A DNA stretch of 64,000 bases. Origin: an uncultured Bacteroidales bacterium (GTDB lineage: Bacteria; Bacteroidota; Bacteroidia; Bacteroidales; FEN-979). The stretch spans positions 36,678 through 100,677 of the forward strand of contig CAIQUS010000187.1 in NCBI GenBank assembly GCA_903875045.1, written 5' to 3'. This document shows, in pieces, positions 54,601-64,000 of this stretch. The notes beneath the pieces are model-generated. The model did not search any database. It was not told the origin of the DNA and saw only the letters and a program-made list of their open reading frames with translations. The position numbers were made by a program, and so were the translations under genes. The first letter of the stretch is position 1. The number at the start of each line of letters is the position of its first letter.

Positions 54601-57600
54601 CCGGCGTCCTGGGTGATGTTCAGCGAACCTCCCGGATTAACCCAAAAGGTACCAAAAAGTCCGCTGTCAACAAGGTCAAGGGCGGTGAATGTGCCTGCAA
54701 TCACATCAATACCACCTGTGGTCCAGTCATATTGGTTACAGATAACAGTATTTGCTGCATTGTTGACACGAAGGGCTGCTCCCATATTGGCTTCAATAAT
54801 ATTGAATGTTTCGCTTGAAACATAATTATGACTTGCCCCGTTGAATATCACCCTGCTTGTTCCTTCAGCAAAACCGGATGTTCCCACTGTATTGGTCCAG
54901 TTTCCTGCAACTGTCAGCGTGGTAGCACCCGGGCTGAAAGTTCCCTGGTCTATTGTCAGATTGCCGGCAACAGTTAGATTGGTGGCAGCGGTTGTCGTAC
55001 CAGACGAACTGAACCTGATATTGTTAATCACTCCGGTTCCTGTTCCATAGTTGCCGGCACTTTGTGTAGTTCCATCGAAAACTAACGTACCCGTGTTGGA
55101 TAAACCGGTAAAATCGAAATTACCAAACATCGCCAAGTTGCCTTTAAGGATTATATCCTGACTCGAATAACTGCTTAAGTTACAGGAGAAATCAGTAAAG
55201 AGAGTACCATTAACAGTAAGCGGTTGGGTAGAAAGATTGCTTACCCTGAGCCAGTCTGTGCCGGATTTGTAGCTCATAACGTTTGGCAAAGCACAGGCGG
55301 CGCTGTATGATCTGATCCAATTTATACCTGCTCCGGCGAAAAAGACCGAACCTGAAGCGAGGTTGGCAGTTGCACCCGGATTAAAGTTCCAGTCTCCATA
55401 AACCCAGAAAATACCGTTGGCAGTAAAGTTTGCTGTTGAACCTGAATTCCAGGCAACGTTCCCTAACGCCCTGATCACCCCTGCAGGATCTGTAAGACCC
55501 AATTGACCATTGATGGTCAAATCGTTGCTGATCGAGAGTTCCATTGTTTGCACTTCGAGTTGTGCTCCGGCGCCAATCGATAAACTGCTGCATTCCTCTT
55601 TTAGAAAAGGAGCATAATTATCGACATAAACAGGCTGATACCCTACATTGTTAACATATACAGGTTCGTCAATCGTTGGAATATGTCCAAGGGACCAGTT
55701 GGCTGCATGGTGCCAGTAATGGTTGAAACCGCCAACCCAGTAATTCGGTAAGGCAGCAGTGACGTTGATTGTGTAATCTTCTACTTCTCCATACGAAGTT
55801 ATACCACATGGATCAACGACTCCTGTATAGGTAATCCTTACCCTCATCACCTTGGTACCCAATGTGGTTGAGAGCGGTGGATCTATGGTGGCAGTATATG
55901 GTCCAAGGCCCGGGGTTACGGCGACAGCAATGGTTTCATTGGCATCTGAGAAATCACCATCATCATTCCAATCCACCCACACCCCACACTGATCTCCTGA
56001 ATAAGGACTTCCATTGGTAACGATTAACGAAGCCGGTGAATTAAGCGGTAAACTTGCTGAAAGACTTGTGTAATCGGAGTACTTTCCGCATCCTGACGTG
56101 TTGTTGATGGAACCAATAAGTACATTGGAAATGTGCTCAAAACAACCACCTTCTGCTTCACAATGTGATAAAACATTGATGGTATAATCTTCTGTTTCAC
56201 CATACGATGTATTACCGCAACTCGTGTGAGCTCCATAACTCAGCCGAACCCGCATGGTGGTATAACCAGTGAGTGCTGTTGGCGGAGCTGCAATGCTGAC
56301 CGAATATGCCGGGCCGGCACCTGTACCAAGGGCAAACTCTTCTCCTGCATCGGCAAAATCTCCATCCTGGTTCCAGTCCACCCAGGCTTTACCCTGATCA
56401 CCGGAATAACCATTAATTGTAACCGACAGTGTCTCACTTGTTCCCTGAATTATTTTGTTGACCATTCCCGTAAAATCACCAAATCCCCCGGGCGATCTTC
56501 CGGATGTATTGCTAATAGTTCCCATAGCGACGTGGCTGATATATTCCAGGCTACTCCAGTATGTCGACCTGGCATTGCAGTAAGTATCGGCAGGTATTGT
56601 TCTCATGCCATTGACGATGAGGGCATAAGCCTGCAAACCGCCAGAAAGCGTACCGCTATGATTGATACGTATTGTATAGTAGCCGGCCACAGGAGAAAGC
56701 ATGTTCACGCTTTCCACGTTATCCCGGAAATTGTCACCTTTTGTCGCAGCGACAGAAGGTGATGCCGGATTGAGAATCCATGGCATATTCGTCGAAGTAC
56801 CAATAACCCTGACATCCAGGTCATTCACCAGCATGAGGGTACCTGGATTCAGTGACGCTGCAGGCGGTGTTCCGGCTGGATCTGTCCAGCAGAGGGTAAC
56901 ATTGATCGGAGTCAGTCCGTCTGAATAGTATGTATAATCTGTTGTTTGTCCATTCACCAGAACAGCCTGTACAATTAAACCACCCTGGGTATTGTCGGCA
57001 GCAATCAAACCTGCGGCACCTGTTGCATTCAGTAAGCCCCAACCATTCTGATAATCCGGTCCGTTGGAAGGCCCGGCTTCATTGGCCGTATTGATTACCA
57101 GTCCCTTTATAGCAGCTGCACTCATGGTTCCACCTTTAAGCGACTTGTAGTAATCCTGCAAAAGGACAAGGGTGCCTGTAGTGTTGGGGGTGGCCATGGA
57201 TGTTCCGTCCAGAGTGGTATACAGTGTATTACCGGCATCAGTAGTGGAATAAACGCCAACCCCGTTTGCAACCAGGTCTGGTTTTATCCTGCCGTCATCA
57301 GTTGGCCCCCAACTGCTGAAGGTACTCTGCACTACATCAGTTGCTGCTGTCCAGCCACCAGCGATATCATTGACAGCGCCGATGGTAAGGATGTTTTTCG
57401 CCACTCCTCCCTGCTCTATACAGTCGTATCCGTCGCTGCCACCATCCTGCTCACGCACGGCATTCGACGCAACCCAGTTGGTTCCGTTGTAAACATAATG
57501 ACTCCCGCTAAAGGCGTCATTTCTATCATTGCCGGATGCTTTAACAATCAAATAATTGGGCGCATTAAATGCAATCTGATCCCAGGCCTGAGAATTCGAA

Positions 57601-58379
57601 TCATAAAACCCGAAGAGATAATCTTCCGTTGCACTGATGCCCGGGTTTCCCCACCAATACATATTTCCACCACTTGAGTTCCACCCTCTGTTCAATCCAT
57701 AGGAGTGATTCGACAAGGTCAATCCACCAGCCGCTTCAGTTGCCATTTCAGCATTATCATTCGTCCATTCATAAGCATGCAGAAGCGCCTCCGTTGCCAT
57801 GCCATGTGCTGAAGCTACCTGTCCTTCCGCGATCATCGTACCCGCCACATGGGTCGAGTGATAACTGGTTGCAGCCGGAACATCCATTTGTGTCACCCTG
57901 GTCCCGGTTCCATTGTTAAATTCCTGGTGCGTAGTCAAAACGCCACCGCCATCCCATTCACCAACAAGATAGCCACTGCCGTTCAGGTTTAAGCCGGTTG
58001 ACCCGCCAACCCAGATATCATCCGTATTGGTTGACCTCGCGGCATTCAGGTTAGTTGTGCCGTAGGCCTGAGGAAATCCCTTGCTGTCAATGTACATTAT
58101 TTCGCTAACGCCTTCCGGGGTTTCCTGCCGGATTACCCAGCCCCTTTCCTTCGCAACACGCTCAACTTCAGCACGTTGAATCAGGTATTTTTGCTGAAAT
58201 GCTTCAGCCAGTTTTAATAGGACTTCCTTCTGGGGATTAGTTTGATTGGTCAGGGTTCTGTTTTGAGAATGGACATGCGACATGCCATAAAACCCTATGA
58301 TAATGAAGATGATTGTATATTTTCGCATCATGATGAATCGGATTAGATGGTTAAACTTAAATGCTAAATTTCGCATCAA
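51699..58379 (-). CDS. Giant secreted S8 (subtilisin-family) peptidase with two GEVED-type domains, a long beta-helix-like repeat region, Ig/PKD-like domains and a T9SS CTD
   Basis: The S8 triad context is 'GEWDGGGV' (Asp), 'HSTHVAGTM' (His) and 'DGTSMATPNTTG' (Ser). 'YGETEDYTINV' and 'YGEVEDYTINV' are GEVED motifs. More than 1000 aa consist of G/N/T-rich repeats of about 20-25 aa. The C-terminus 'LYPNPTTGVFTLL...GLYFVKVISGNLIESFKLIVTR' is a T9SS CTD. The likely start is the ATG at 58331 (MMRKYTIIFIIIGFYGMSHVHSQ). Confidence 0.85.
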   Translation of the reverse strand: MMRNLAFKFNHLIRFIMMRKYTIIFIIIGFYGMSHVHSQNRTLTNQTNPQKEVLLKLAEAFQQKYLIQRAEVERVAKERGWVIRQETPEGVSEIMYIDSKGFPQAYGTTNLNAARSTNTDDIWVGGSTGLNLNGSGYLVGEWDGGGVLTTHQEFNNGTGTRVTQMDVPAATSYHSTHVAGTMIAEGQVASAHGMATEALLHAYEWTNDNAEMATEAAGGLTLSNHSYGLNRGWNSSGGNMYWWGNPGISATEDYLFGFYDSNSQAWDQIAFNAPNYLIVKASGNDRNDAFSGSHYVYNGTNWVASNAVREQDGGSDGYDCIEQGGVAKNILTIGAVNDIAGGWTAATDVVQSTFSSWGPTDDGRIKPDLVANGVGVYSTTDAGNTLYTTLDGTSMATPNTTGTLVLLQDYYKSLKGGTMSAAAIKGLVINTANEAGPSNGPDYQNGWGLLNATGAAGLIAADNTQGGLIVQAVLVNGQTTDYTYYSDGLTPINVTLCWTDPAGTPPAASLNPGTLMLVNDLDVRVIGTSTNMPWILNPASPSVAATKGDNFRDNVESVNMLSPVAGYYTIRINHSGTLSGGLQAYALIVNGMRTIPADTYCNARSTYWSSLEYISHVAMGTISNTSGRSPGGFGDFTGMVNKIIQGTSETLSVTINGYSGDQGKAWVDWNQDGDFADAGEEFALGTGAGPAYSVSIAAPPTALTGYTTMRVRLSYGAHTSCGNTSYGETEDYTINVLSHCEAEGGCFEHISNVLIGSINNTSGCGKYSDYTSLSASLPLNSPASLIVTNGSPYSGDQCGVWVDWNDDGDFSDANETIAVAVTPGLGPYTATIDPPLSTTLGTKVMRVRITYTGVVDPCGITSYGEVEDYTINVTAALPNYWVGGFNHYWHHAANWSLGHIPTIDEPVYVNNVGYQPVYVDNYAPFLKEECSSLSIGAGAQLEVQTMELSISNDLTINGQLGLTDPAGVIRALGNVAWNSGSTANFTANGIFWVYGDWNFNPGATANLASGSVFFAGAGINWIRSYSAACALPNVMSYKSGTDWLRVSNLSTQPLTVNGTLFTDFSCNLSSYSSQDIILKGNLAMFGNFDFTGLSNTGTLVFDGTTQSAGNYGTGTGVINNIRFSSSGTTTAATNLTVAGNLTIDQGTFSPGATTLTVAGNWTNTVGTSGFAEGTSRVIFNGASHNYVSSETFNIIEANMGAALRVNNAANTVICNQYDWTTGGIDVIAGTFTALDLVDSGLFGTFWVNPGGSLNITQDAGQFTDLHGELHIYGGTMTVTGGAGASYWPYMDNALIEMSNGILDFKNNGIYIYNTAATLTESITGGIIRTDGRLAGTRTDFNPAGGTFEMYGTAEAFISQGLGSTFANLVINKPAVLDISQAGSEEVFYNREGDLTDIVASSVVTSSSNLVLTGDLVIQAGTLIAPASIKVGRNWNNLVGTSGFTEGTGTVEFDGPLAADVLSSETFYNLSLNKTYASFDALEVWNSVSVTNDLHLIDGTMKFRSPANLTVSGNLTIDLNAGLNVADSYGPQVSVGKNWTNANTGYASNFGFYPGNNSTVIFNGNLDQMLTTSATAEEFRNLTINKTAGKFRPSDNITCTADILISNGIWEDFVSGLSHAVYSDFTVASTGAFHTSAVANTVEFVGSEHSNLTYSGVTGYFRNILVNKGIGYSVNQIGYATCQNSGNFTVNQGYYFLNGNSLLVTGNINVNNAGYLSLSPASSLILTDTRTLSINSGGRLELNGTAANQVTVRANVPTAYYDFNVLSGGTIAADYALIKNTSANGLFLQLGSSVDPAHAFKSCTFQDGITGFAAMMVVNNSQVFVVRNANFPTNTWGGTFNVYKAVGAGHVYFVDYTGAYAGTAFEYDPYNIVDWVPTLLSTPTATPGTICAGSTSQLNAVPAGGVAPYSYAWSPAAGLSNTSIIDPLASPLTTTNYSVTVTDALGTTKVSSVLLTVNPLLPVSVTVSASANPSPPGDIVNFTATPVNGGPFPTYQWKVNGSNVGTGPAYNYIPDDNDHVTCEMTSNYPCITGNPATSNTITMIMVPVNQTVTGGMTGPLSLCFDATNTITVAGGGSTFIVRTGASAVMIAGERISYLPGATVEAGGYLHGYITTTNGYCGIILPTMPAMVAGQDEAIPAEALPASLTFSLYPNPTTGVFTLLNKGDMRSGNVRVEMFDLRGNMIYSTTYGGARDHKVTLPPLTPGLYFVKVISGNLIESFKLIVTR

Positions 58380-58530
58380 AATAATTCAAGTATTATAGTA
58401 CTTTTATAATTAAAGCACCAAAGATAAGTTATTCTCCTTATGAAATCATAAAAAAATGTGAATTATTCTGTGTTATTATCTCAAAAATGGCCACGAATTA
58501 ATCAAGACCTGGTAGCATATTGTCACACGC

Positions 58531-58567
58531 AAAAAACGCAGGCCACCTTATAAAAAGGTGGCCTGCG
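58531..58567 (-). terminator. Rho-independent terminator of the 58603-64000 gene
   Basis: The minus strand reads CGCAGGCCACC-(9 nt)-GGTGGCCTGCG, an 11-bp perfect stem, followed by T6. It lies 36 nt after the stop. Confidence 0.85.
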
Positions 58568-58602
58568 TCAGGCATGATGATCGTTGGGTTCTTTGCCAGG
58601 TA

Positions 58603-61600
58603 TTACCGCGTCACGATCACTTTGAACGACTCAATCAGGTTTCCGGAAATCACTTTAACGAAATAAAGTCCGGGAGTTAACGGGGGAAGTGTGACCTTGT
58701 GATCGCGCTCACCTCCGAAATTGGTTGAATAAACCATGTTGCCCCGCAAATCGAACATTTCAACCCGGACATTCCCGAATCGCACGTCGCCTTTGTTTAA
58801 CAGTGTGAATACGCCAGTGGTCGGGTTAGGATAGATCGAAAACATCTGAGCATCTGCCATTGGCCCGGTTGTTGATTCACCTTCACCTGCTACAATAGCT
58901 GGTGCTGGGGCGGGTGCAAAGCCACAATAATTGTTGGTTGTCGCAATATACCCATGCATATACCCTCCATTCTCAACGGTTGTTCCAGGGAGGAATGAGA
59001 TTTTCACTCCTGCGATAAATACCGCACTTGCCCCGGTTTTAACAACAAAGACATCACCACCTCCCGCAACAGTAATGGTATTGGAAGCATCAAAGCAGAG
59101 CGAAAGGGGCGCATTAATTGTACCGGTTTCAGTTCTGGTTGCTGGAATAACAATCATGGTAATTACATTTGATATTACAGGATTTTCACTTGAACAAGCA
59201 TAACTGGAAGTCATCTCACAGGTTACCTCATCGTGGTTACCCGGCTTATAAAAGTAGGTAGGTCCGGTACCAACAGGGGAACCGTTACGTTTCCAAACGT
59301 ATGTTGGCGATCCGCCTCCGTTGAATGGAGTAGCAGTATAATTCACAAAGTCGCCGGGGACAGATGGGTTGGCTGATGCAGCTATCGTAACTGATGGAGT
59401 GAGCACAGGAAGAACTGTTACTGTAACATTTCCGGTTCCAATTGTCGCGAGACCATCAGTAACCTGAACCGTATAAATGGTAGTGACAGATGGAGTGGCC
59501 ACCGGATTCTCAAGAGCTGCATCCGACAAACTACCTGCCGGAGACCAGGCATAAGTGTATGGACCAACCCCTCCTGAAGCAACAGCATGCAATTGAGAAG
59601 GTGAACCCGGGCAGATTGCGGCAGGTGTTGCTGTGGGAGCTGCAATCAGGGTTGGCACCCACTGTAACCGGTTATTCACGTCATTATCATTTGCTTCACC
59701 GGACCATAAGCCTGAGTAATCAACAAAGTAGACAAAACCAGCATTCACTGTTTTTGTTACATTGGATGCGCCTCCCCATATATTTGTCGGGAATACTGCA
59801 TTCCGGATTGTCCTGGTCTCGCTGTTATCAATGGTCAGCAACGTTCCTCCACTGGCGCCATCCTGGAAAGTACAACCTTTAAAAGAATGTGCAAGATCGA
59901 TGCTGCTACCCGATTTAACATTGATTCCGCTGATGCCCATGTTTTTAAATATACAATAATCGGCAGCAATGGTCCCTCCGGAATTAACATTGAAGTTGTA
60001 TCTTGCCGAGAACGTGTTGGCTCTGATATTGACTTTATTACCAGAAGTTCCTGCAACATCGATGCGCCCGCCGGAGTTGATGTTTAGCGTTCTTGTATCT
60101 GTCAGAGCCAGAATAGAGGCTGCCGGTAAGGTTAAAATACCGGTATTGTTCACTGCAACGTCACCTGTAACGATCAGAAAGTTTCCGCCAAGGTTGTATG
60201 TACCGGTTCCAACGGTGAGGTTCCCGCCAAATTGGGTATATATGTCGGTTGCCTGAGTTACACCATACCCAACTGTTTTGTTGACCAGCAGGTTTCGGAA
60301 ATACCCGAGAACGCCGGAATAGGTCAAAACAGAGTTCTGGCCTCCCTTGAATTCAACGGTGTTGGCGATAGAGGTGGTGAGGAACGATCCGGTAGATGCC
60401 ACAGTAAAATCACCAAAAACAGAATGTGTAAGCCCGTTTAGATTGTCTTCCCAACTGCCTCGCTGGATCAGGATATTCCCGTAGGTTTGTGTGTTATCGT
60501 TGGGTCTGAATGATCCTGTTGTTTTATCTATTTTCAAATTATTAAAGTCCTCTTGCGCACAGGCTGTGGTAAGGGATTGATCTGCCGCTCCGTTAAATGT
60601 CACAGTGGAGTAATTACCGGGAGCAAAACCATGTTCACTTGTATGATCAGCATTTGCATTGGTCCAATTCCTTCCAACCGTAATCTGTGGTCCGGATAAA
60701 GAAGAAGGATAGTAATCACTCGCATTCAACCCTCCTCCCAAATCAATGCTCACATTTCCTGTAACATCGAGCCTGGCAGGATCCTTCAATTTCATACTGC
60801 CGTCAATATTGTGAAGGTCGTTGGAAACGGTTACATCATGGAAAAGCTCTAACCCATCGGATAATGCGTACGTTTTGTTCAGGTTCAGGTTATAGAATGT
60901 TTCTGCCGACAGAACATCCGCCGCAAGGGCACCATTGAACACGACCGTACCAGTACCTTCGTTGAAACCGGCACTACCAACCAGGTTATTCCAGTTGCCT
61001 CCCACGTAGATTGTTTTATCTCCTGCTGCAAGTGTGCCGGCTATAAAAGTGAGATTGCCTTTGATCGTAAGATCATTATATACCTGGTATGAAGATCCTG
61101 GTTTGTTAACGATCACATCATTAAGAAAGTTGTCGGAGGTAACCTGAACATAGTTACCTGCACTGGCATTGATAAATTCGACTGTTCCACCTGTCGGTTG
61201 AAAAACTCCGGGCAAAGTGGCAGTAAAAGTTTTGCCAAACTTCATGGTGCCTCCGGTAATCTGATCGTTGAAGGTACCGGAAAGGAAAACATTACGGTAT
61301 GGAAATTCAACCAAACCGCTTGAAACCTGGAACGTTCCTGATAAAGTTAAATTACTGAGACTGTAATCGTTTGTAAAAGTTCCACCAGAACCATCGAGAA
61401 CGCCTGTATTGGGGAAAATAAAATCGCCGTGTACAAGCGCAGAGGCTCCACTTTGAATACTTAAAGTGCCATCAAGTGTAAAGTTGCCGTTTACTAATAT
61501 ATCAGCTCCCGAATAAACCGTAAATGAAGCTGTATTTTCAATATTCAAATTCCCTCCAATCAGCCAGTCCACATTTGTATACCAGGTTGCCCCGGCAGCA

Positions 61601-64000
61601 AAAGTACAGTTACCGGTAACTCTTACCGGATAATATACGCTGGAATTGTCCATGCTTTTTGAGGAAGCAATAGCTTTGAAATTGCCAAATTCCGCATCGG
61701 AATCTTCAGGAGAAATACTAGACTTAACTACAGCAAGATTTGGTACCGATAACGTGGCATTAGTCCCATTAAGAAAATTCCAATAGTTTACGTCAATCTC
61801 ACCATTATTGATATTATCATTGGAACCTGAATTCCAATTAATAGACGAACATGTAAGTTTATCGGCAGCATTCGTCATTTTAAGGGTGGCAGTGTTAATA
61901 TGTACATCACCTGTAACATTAACGGTGCATGTATTCAGGTCAAATGTTCCGGATTGAACTGTCAAGTCACCGGTAAGTGTAACCAATGAACCTGTTGCTG
62001 ATGCGGTGTTTGACAATGGCTGCTCAATAAGGTTGCCTTCTTTGTCGGACAAGGGGTTAGTACCAGAACTTATATCCGTCACACTTTTATTAATCAAAAG
62101 GTTGTAGAGGCTGCATCCGGCACCCGTTGATACAGCGGCATCAACAGAACCATACATTTCAATGGTTCCTCCGGTTGGCGCAAAAGTAGACCTTTGGTTG
62201 TCAAATTTTCCTACAGTTCGAATGGTGCCGGCTGTAACGGTTGAAGTAAAACTGTACGGGCCTAAATTATAAACGCGAATGCCTCTGGTTTTGAAATCGA
62301 GGATACCGCCACTCATTGTCAGTGAAGCATTTGATGCAAAAGACCAGTCGCTGTCAGTGGTTCCTCCGTAAACATTAAAATTGCCGCCATAAATATACAG
62401 GTTACCATCCAGATCGACATACCCATCGTAATTGGACAAATTGATCGTACCTCCCGGATTCAAGTAGTAGTTTCCATAAAGGCCATCATCAACCAGATTA
62501 TTTGCCGTAAAGATTCCTGTTAGCACATCCACGGCACCAGCTGTCCAGTCATAATTCTGGCAGGTTACGGTTCCTCCGTTCACCCGGAATGCCCCTCCCA
62601 GTGTTTTATTCACTTCTACCGTATTAAACGTTTCAGTGGAACAATACTGATGAAAATTTCCACCATTAAACACCACTTTCCCGGCACCTTCCGTAAAGCC
62701 CGCAGGGCCAACTGTATTGGTCCAGTCTTTCCCAACCTCAACTATATTGTTCATGGGATCAAAAACACCACTCTCGATCAAAAGATAGCCTTTAACGGTT
62801 AATGTATTCGACCAGGTATTATCAACACTGGTCGTTCCTGTAGGACTGATGATGATGTTGTAGAAGTAATCGCCAACGTTGGGTTTTATCGATTGATTTA
62901 CCCCGTTGAACACCATGGTTCCATAGTTGAACAGAAAATGGTAGTTATTCTGAAATTCTCCATTCAGAATCAGGGAGTGGGTTGAATAGCCACCAAAAGT
63001 AGCATTCGTATGCGTATACAAATTTCCATTGACAGTGAGGTCCTGCGTTGAAAAGAAACTCAATCCAAGGATATTTCCCGTAGTTTTATAACTTCCAAGA
63101 TTGTGAAATGCTGAATTTGCTGAATTTGTGATGATATAATTTGTCGTGCTTCCGGCAAAATCCACATTCCCGTTGGCCAATTGAACATTTGAGCCACTGG
63201 CGAAGGTCCAGTCTCCATATACCCACATGACGGTTGCAGCCGTGAAGTTAGCAGTTGATCCGCTTTGCCAGGTAACATTGCCATTCACCGTCAAAACCCC
63301 GGCTGCATTATCCATGGCCAGCTGACCTGAGATATTCATGCTTCCGGTAACATTCAGATTACCTGCGTTTACTTTCATCATCGTACCTGTACCCATTGTA
63401 ATATCGTTACAGGTGGCAGTGCCCGAATATACGATTGGATAATAGGTATAACCTGTGTTAATCGTGACATCTGTAGTGGAAATAGGAACAATGTTCGCAC
63501 TCCAGTTCGCCGGGGTGAACCAGTTATTGCTTACTGTTCCAAGCCAGCTGCCTGCAGGTTCTGTCAAACTGAGATAGAAAGTCTGGGTAGTAGCTGAGGT
63601 ACTCTCACAATCCGCTAAAATATAATAGGTTGTTCCCTGGATCATCGGGAATGGTTGAGGAGAAGTTCCTACTCCGTTCAGGTCGTCAATGCATGTCCAT
63701 CCTGTTGAGCTGCAGGAAGTGGCGGTTCTGTACAAATAGTCAACATAATTCCCTCCACTTGCTGCTGAAACGACGATACTATAATTACCTGAGGCGGGCG
63801 CTACAAAACTGTAAACGTGTTCCCTGCCGGGACAATAAAAACCACAAGGGGAGGCCGAAGACGTGAACCAGGCGCCATTTCCACCTCCGGAATAGGTATG
63901 AACATTTCCTACACCAGTTCCGGCAATGGTAGTAATATTACCAGCTTCACAGGGATTGTAGAAAATATAAAACTGATGGTTATCTTCAATAAAGTCTTCA
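58603..64000 (-). CDS. Giant T9SS-sorted beta-helix-like repeat protein, paralogue of 51699-58379; 5' end lies beyond the window
   Basis: The track start at 63735 is only an internal TTG. I read the same frame by hand from 63736 to 63999 and found no stop (EDFIEDNHQFYIFYNPCEAGNITTIAGTGVGNVHTYSGGGNGAWF...). The C-terminal region of about 790 aa is collinear with the neighbouring gene, and the CTD is nearly identical to it. Confidence 0.85.
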   Translation of the reverse strand, partial: EDFIEDNHQFYIFYNPCEAGNITTIAGTGVGNVHTYSGGGNGAWFTSSASPCGFYCPGREHVYSFVAPASGNYSIVVSAASGGNYVDYLYRTATSCSSTGWTCIDDLNGVGTSPQPFPMIQGTTYYILADCESTSATTQTFYLSLTEPAGSWLGTVSNNWFTPANWSANIVPISTTDVTINTGYTYYPIVYSGTATCNDITMGTGTMMKVNAGNLNVTGSMNISGQLAMDNAAGVLTVNGNVTWQSGSTANFTAATVMWVYGDWTFASGSNVQLANGNVDFAGSTTNYIITNSANSAFHNLGSYKTTGNILGLSFFSTQDLTVNGNLYTHTNATFGGYSTHSLILNGEFQNNYHFLFNYGTMVFNGVNQSIKPNVGDYFYNIIISPTGTTSVDNTWSNTLTVKGYLLIESGVFDPMNNIVEVGKDWTNTVGPAGFTEGAGKVVFNGGNFHQYCSTETFNTVEVNKTLGGAFRVNGGTVTCQNYDWTAGAVDVLTGIFTANNLVDDGLYGNYYLNPGGTINLSNYDGYVDLDGNLYIYGGNFNVYGGTTDSDWSFASNASLTMSGGILDFKTRGIRVYNLGPYSFTSTVTAGTIRTVGKFDNQRSTFAPTGGTIEMYGSVDAAVSTGAGCSLYNLLINKSVTDISSGTNPLSDKEGNLIEQPLSNTASATGSLVTLTGDLTVQSGTFDLNTCTVNVTGDVHINTATLKMTNAADKLTCSSINWNSGSNDNINNGEIDVNYWNFLNGTNATLSVPNLAVVKSSISPEDSDAEFGNFKAIASSKSMDNSSVYYPVRVTGNCTFAAGATWYTNVDWLIGGNLNIENTASFTVYSGADILVNGNFTLDGTLSIQSGASALVHGDFIFPNTGVLDGSGGTFTNDYSLSNLTLSGTFQVSSGLVEFPYRNVFLSGTFNDQITGGTMKFGKTFTATLPGVFQPTGGTVEFINASAGNYVQVTSDNFLNDVIVNKPGSSYQVYNDLTIKGNLTFIAGTLAAGDKTIYVGGNWNNLVGSAGFNEGTGTVVFNGALAADVLSAETFYNLNLNKTYALSDGLELFHDVTVSNDLHNIDGSMKLKDPARLDVTGNVSIDLGGGLNASDYYPSSLSGPQITVGRNWTNANADHTSEHGFAPGNYSTVTFNGAADQSLTTACAQEDFNNLKIDKTTGSFRPNDNTQTYGNILIQRGSWEDNLNGLTHSVFGDFTVASTGSFLTTSIANTVEFKGGQNSVLTYSGVLGYFRNLLVNKTVGYGVTQATDIYTQFGGNLTVGTGTYNLGGNFLIVTGDVAVNNTGILTLPAASILALTDTRTLNINSGGRIDVAGTSGNKVNIRANTFSARYNFNVNSGGTIAADYCIFKNMGISGINVKSGSSIDLAHSFKGCTFQDGASGGTLLTIDNSETRTIRNAVFPTNIWGGASNVTKTVNAGFVYFVDYSGLWSGEANDNDVNNRLQWVPTLIAAPTATPAAICPGSPSQLHAVASGGVGPYTYAWSPAGSLSDAALENPVATPSVTTIYTVQVTDGLATIGTGNVTVTVLPVLTPSVTIAASANPSVPGDFVNYTATPFNGGGSPTYVWKRNGSPVGTGPTYFYKPGNHDEVTCEMTSSYACSSENPVISNVITMIVIPATRTETGTINAPLSLCFDASNTITVAGGGDVFVVKTGASAVFIAGVKISFLPGTTVENGGYMHGYIATTNNYCGFAPAPAPAIVAGEGESTTGPMADAQMFSIYPNPTTGVFTLLNKGDVRFGNVRVEMFDLRGNMVYSTNFGGERDHKVTLPPLTPGLYFVKVISGNLIESFKVIVTR

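Noticed and set aside
1-64000. I considered whether the organism uses an alternative genetic code or stop-codon reassignment.
   Set aside because: Long uninterrupted ORFs with canonical family motifs end at TAA, TAG and TGA under the standard code. Nothing requires recoding.

Overview
The window looks like a 64-kb chromosomal segment of a Bacteroidota bacterium. The evidence is several secreted proteins ending in T9SS-type C-terminal sorting domains, Bacteroidetes-style LptD, LptF/G and OstA genes, TAnnTTTG -7 promoter boxes, no obvious Shine-Dalgarno sites, and about 90% coding density. Positions 1-30,000 are mostly housekeeping: M16 peptidase, envelope and LPS-transport genes, hutU, tgt, ispE, ung, birA and two ECF-type sigma factors. 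This part also holds an adjacent archaeal-type gatE-gatD pair, which is unexpected in a bacterium. Positions 30,022-41,362 form a co-directional, minus-strand arsenic/thiol-redox island with two arsR genes. It carries ACR3, an ArsC-ArsM fusion, an ArsP-like permease, Trx/DsbD-like genes, a MacB-type ABC pair and several uncharacterised proteins with vicinal cysteines. My best candidate for an undescribed system follows at 41,511-44,054: a CASTOR/POLLUX-like channel with two RCK/Rossmann-like segments and a C-terminal RyR domain, tightly coupled to a free-standing 106-aa RyR-domain protein. The right end is accessory or decaying. It has a gene-poor 1.15-kb stretch, a trxB pseudogene, tRNA-Pro and tRNA-Ser, and two giant paralogous T9SS proteins, the second of which runs off the window edge. 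The most striking feature at the sequence level is at least 13 short tandem arrays of 7-8-nt units, confined to intergenic spacers and stop-codon edges. The same unit families recur at different loci, some in both orientations. I found no CRISPR arrays, rRNA genes, transposases or integrases.
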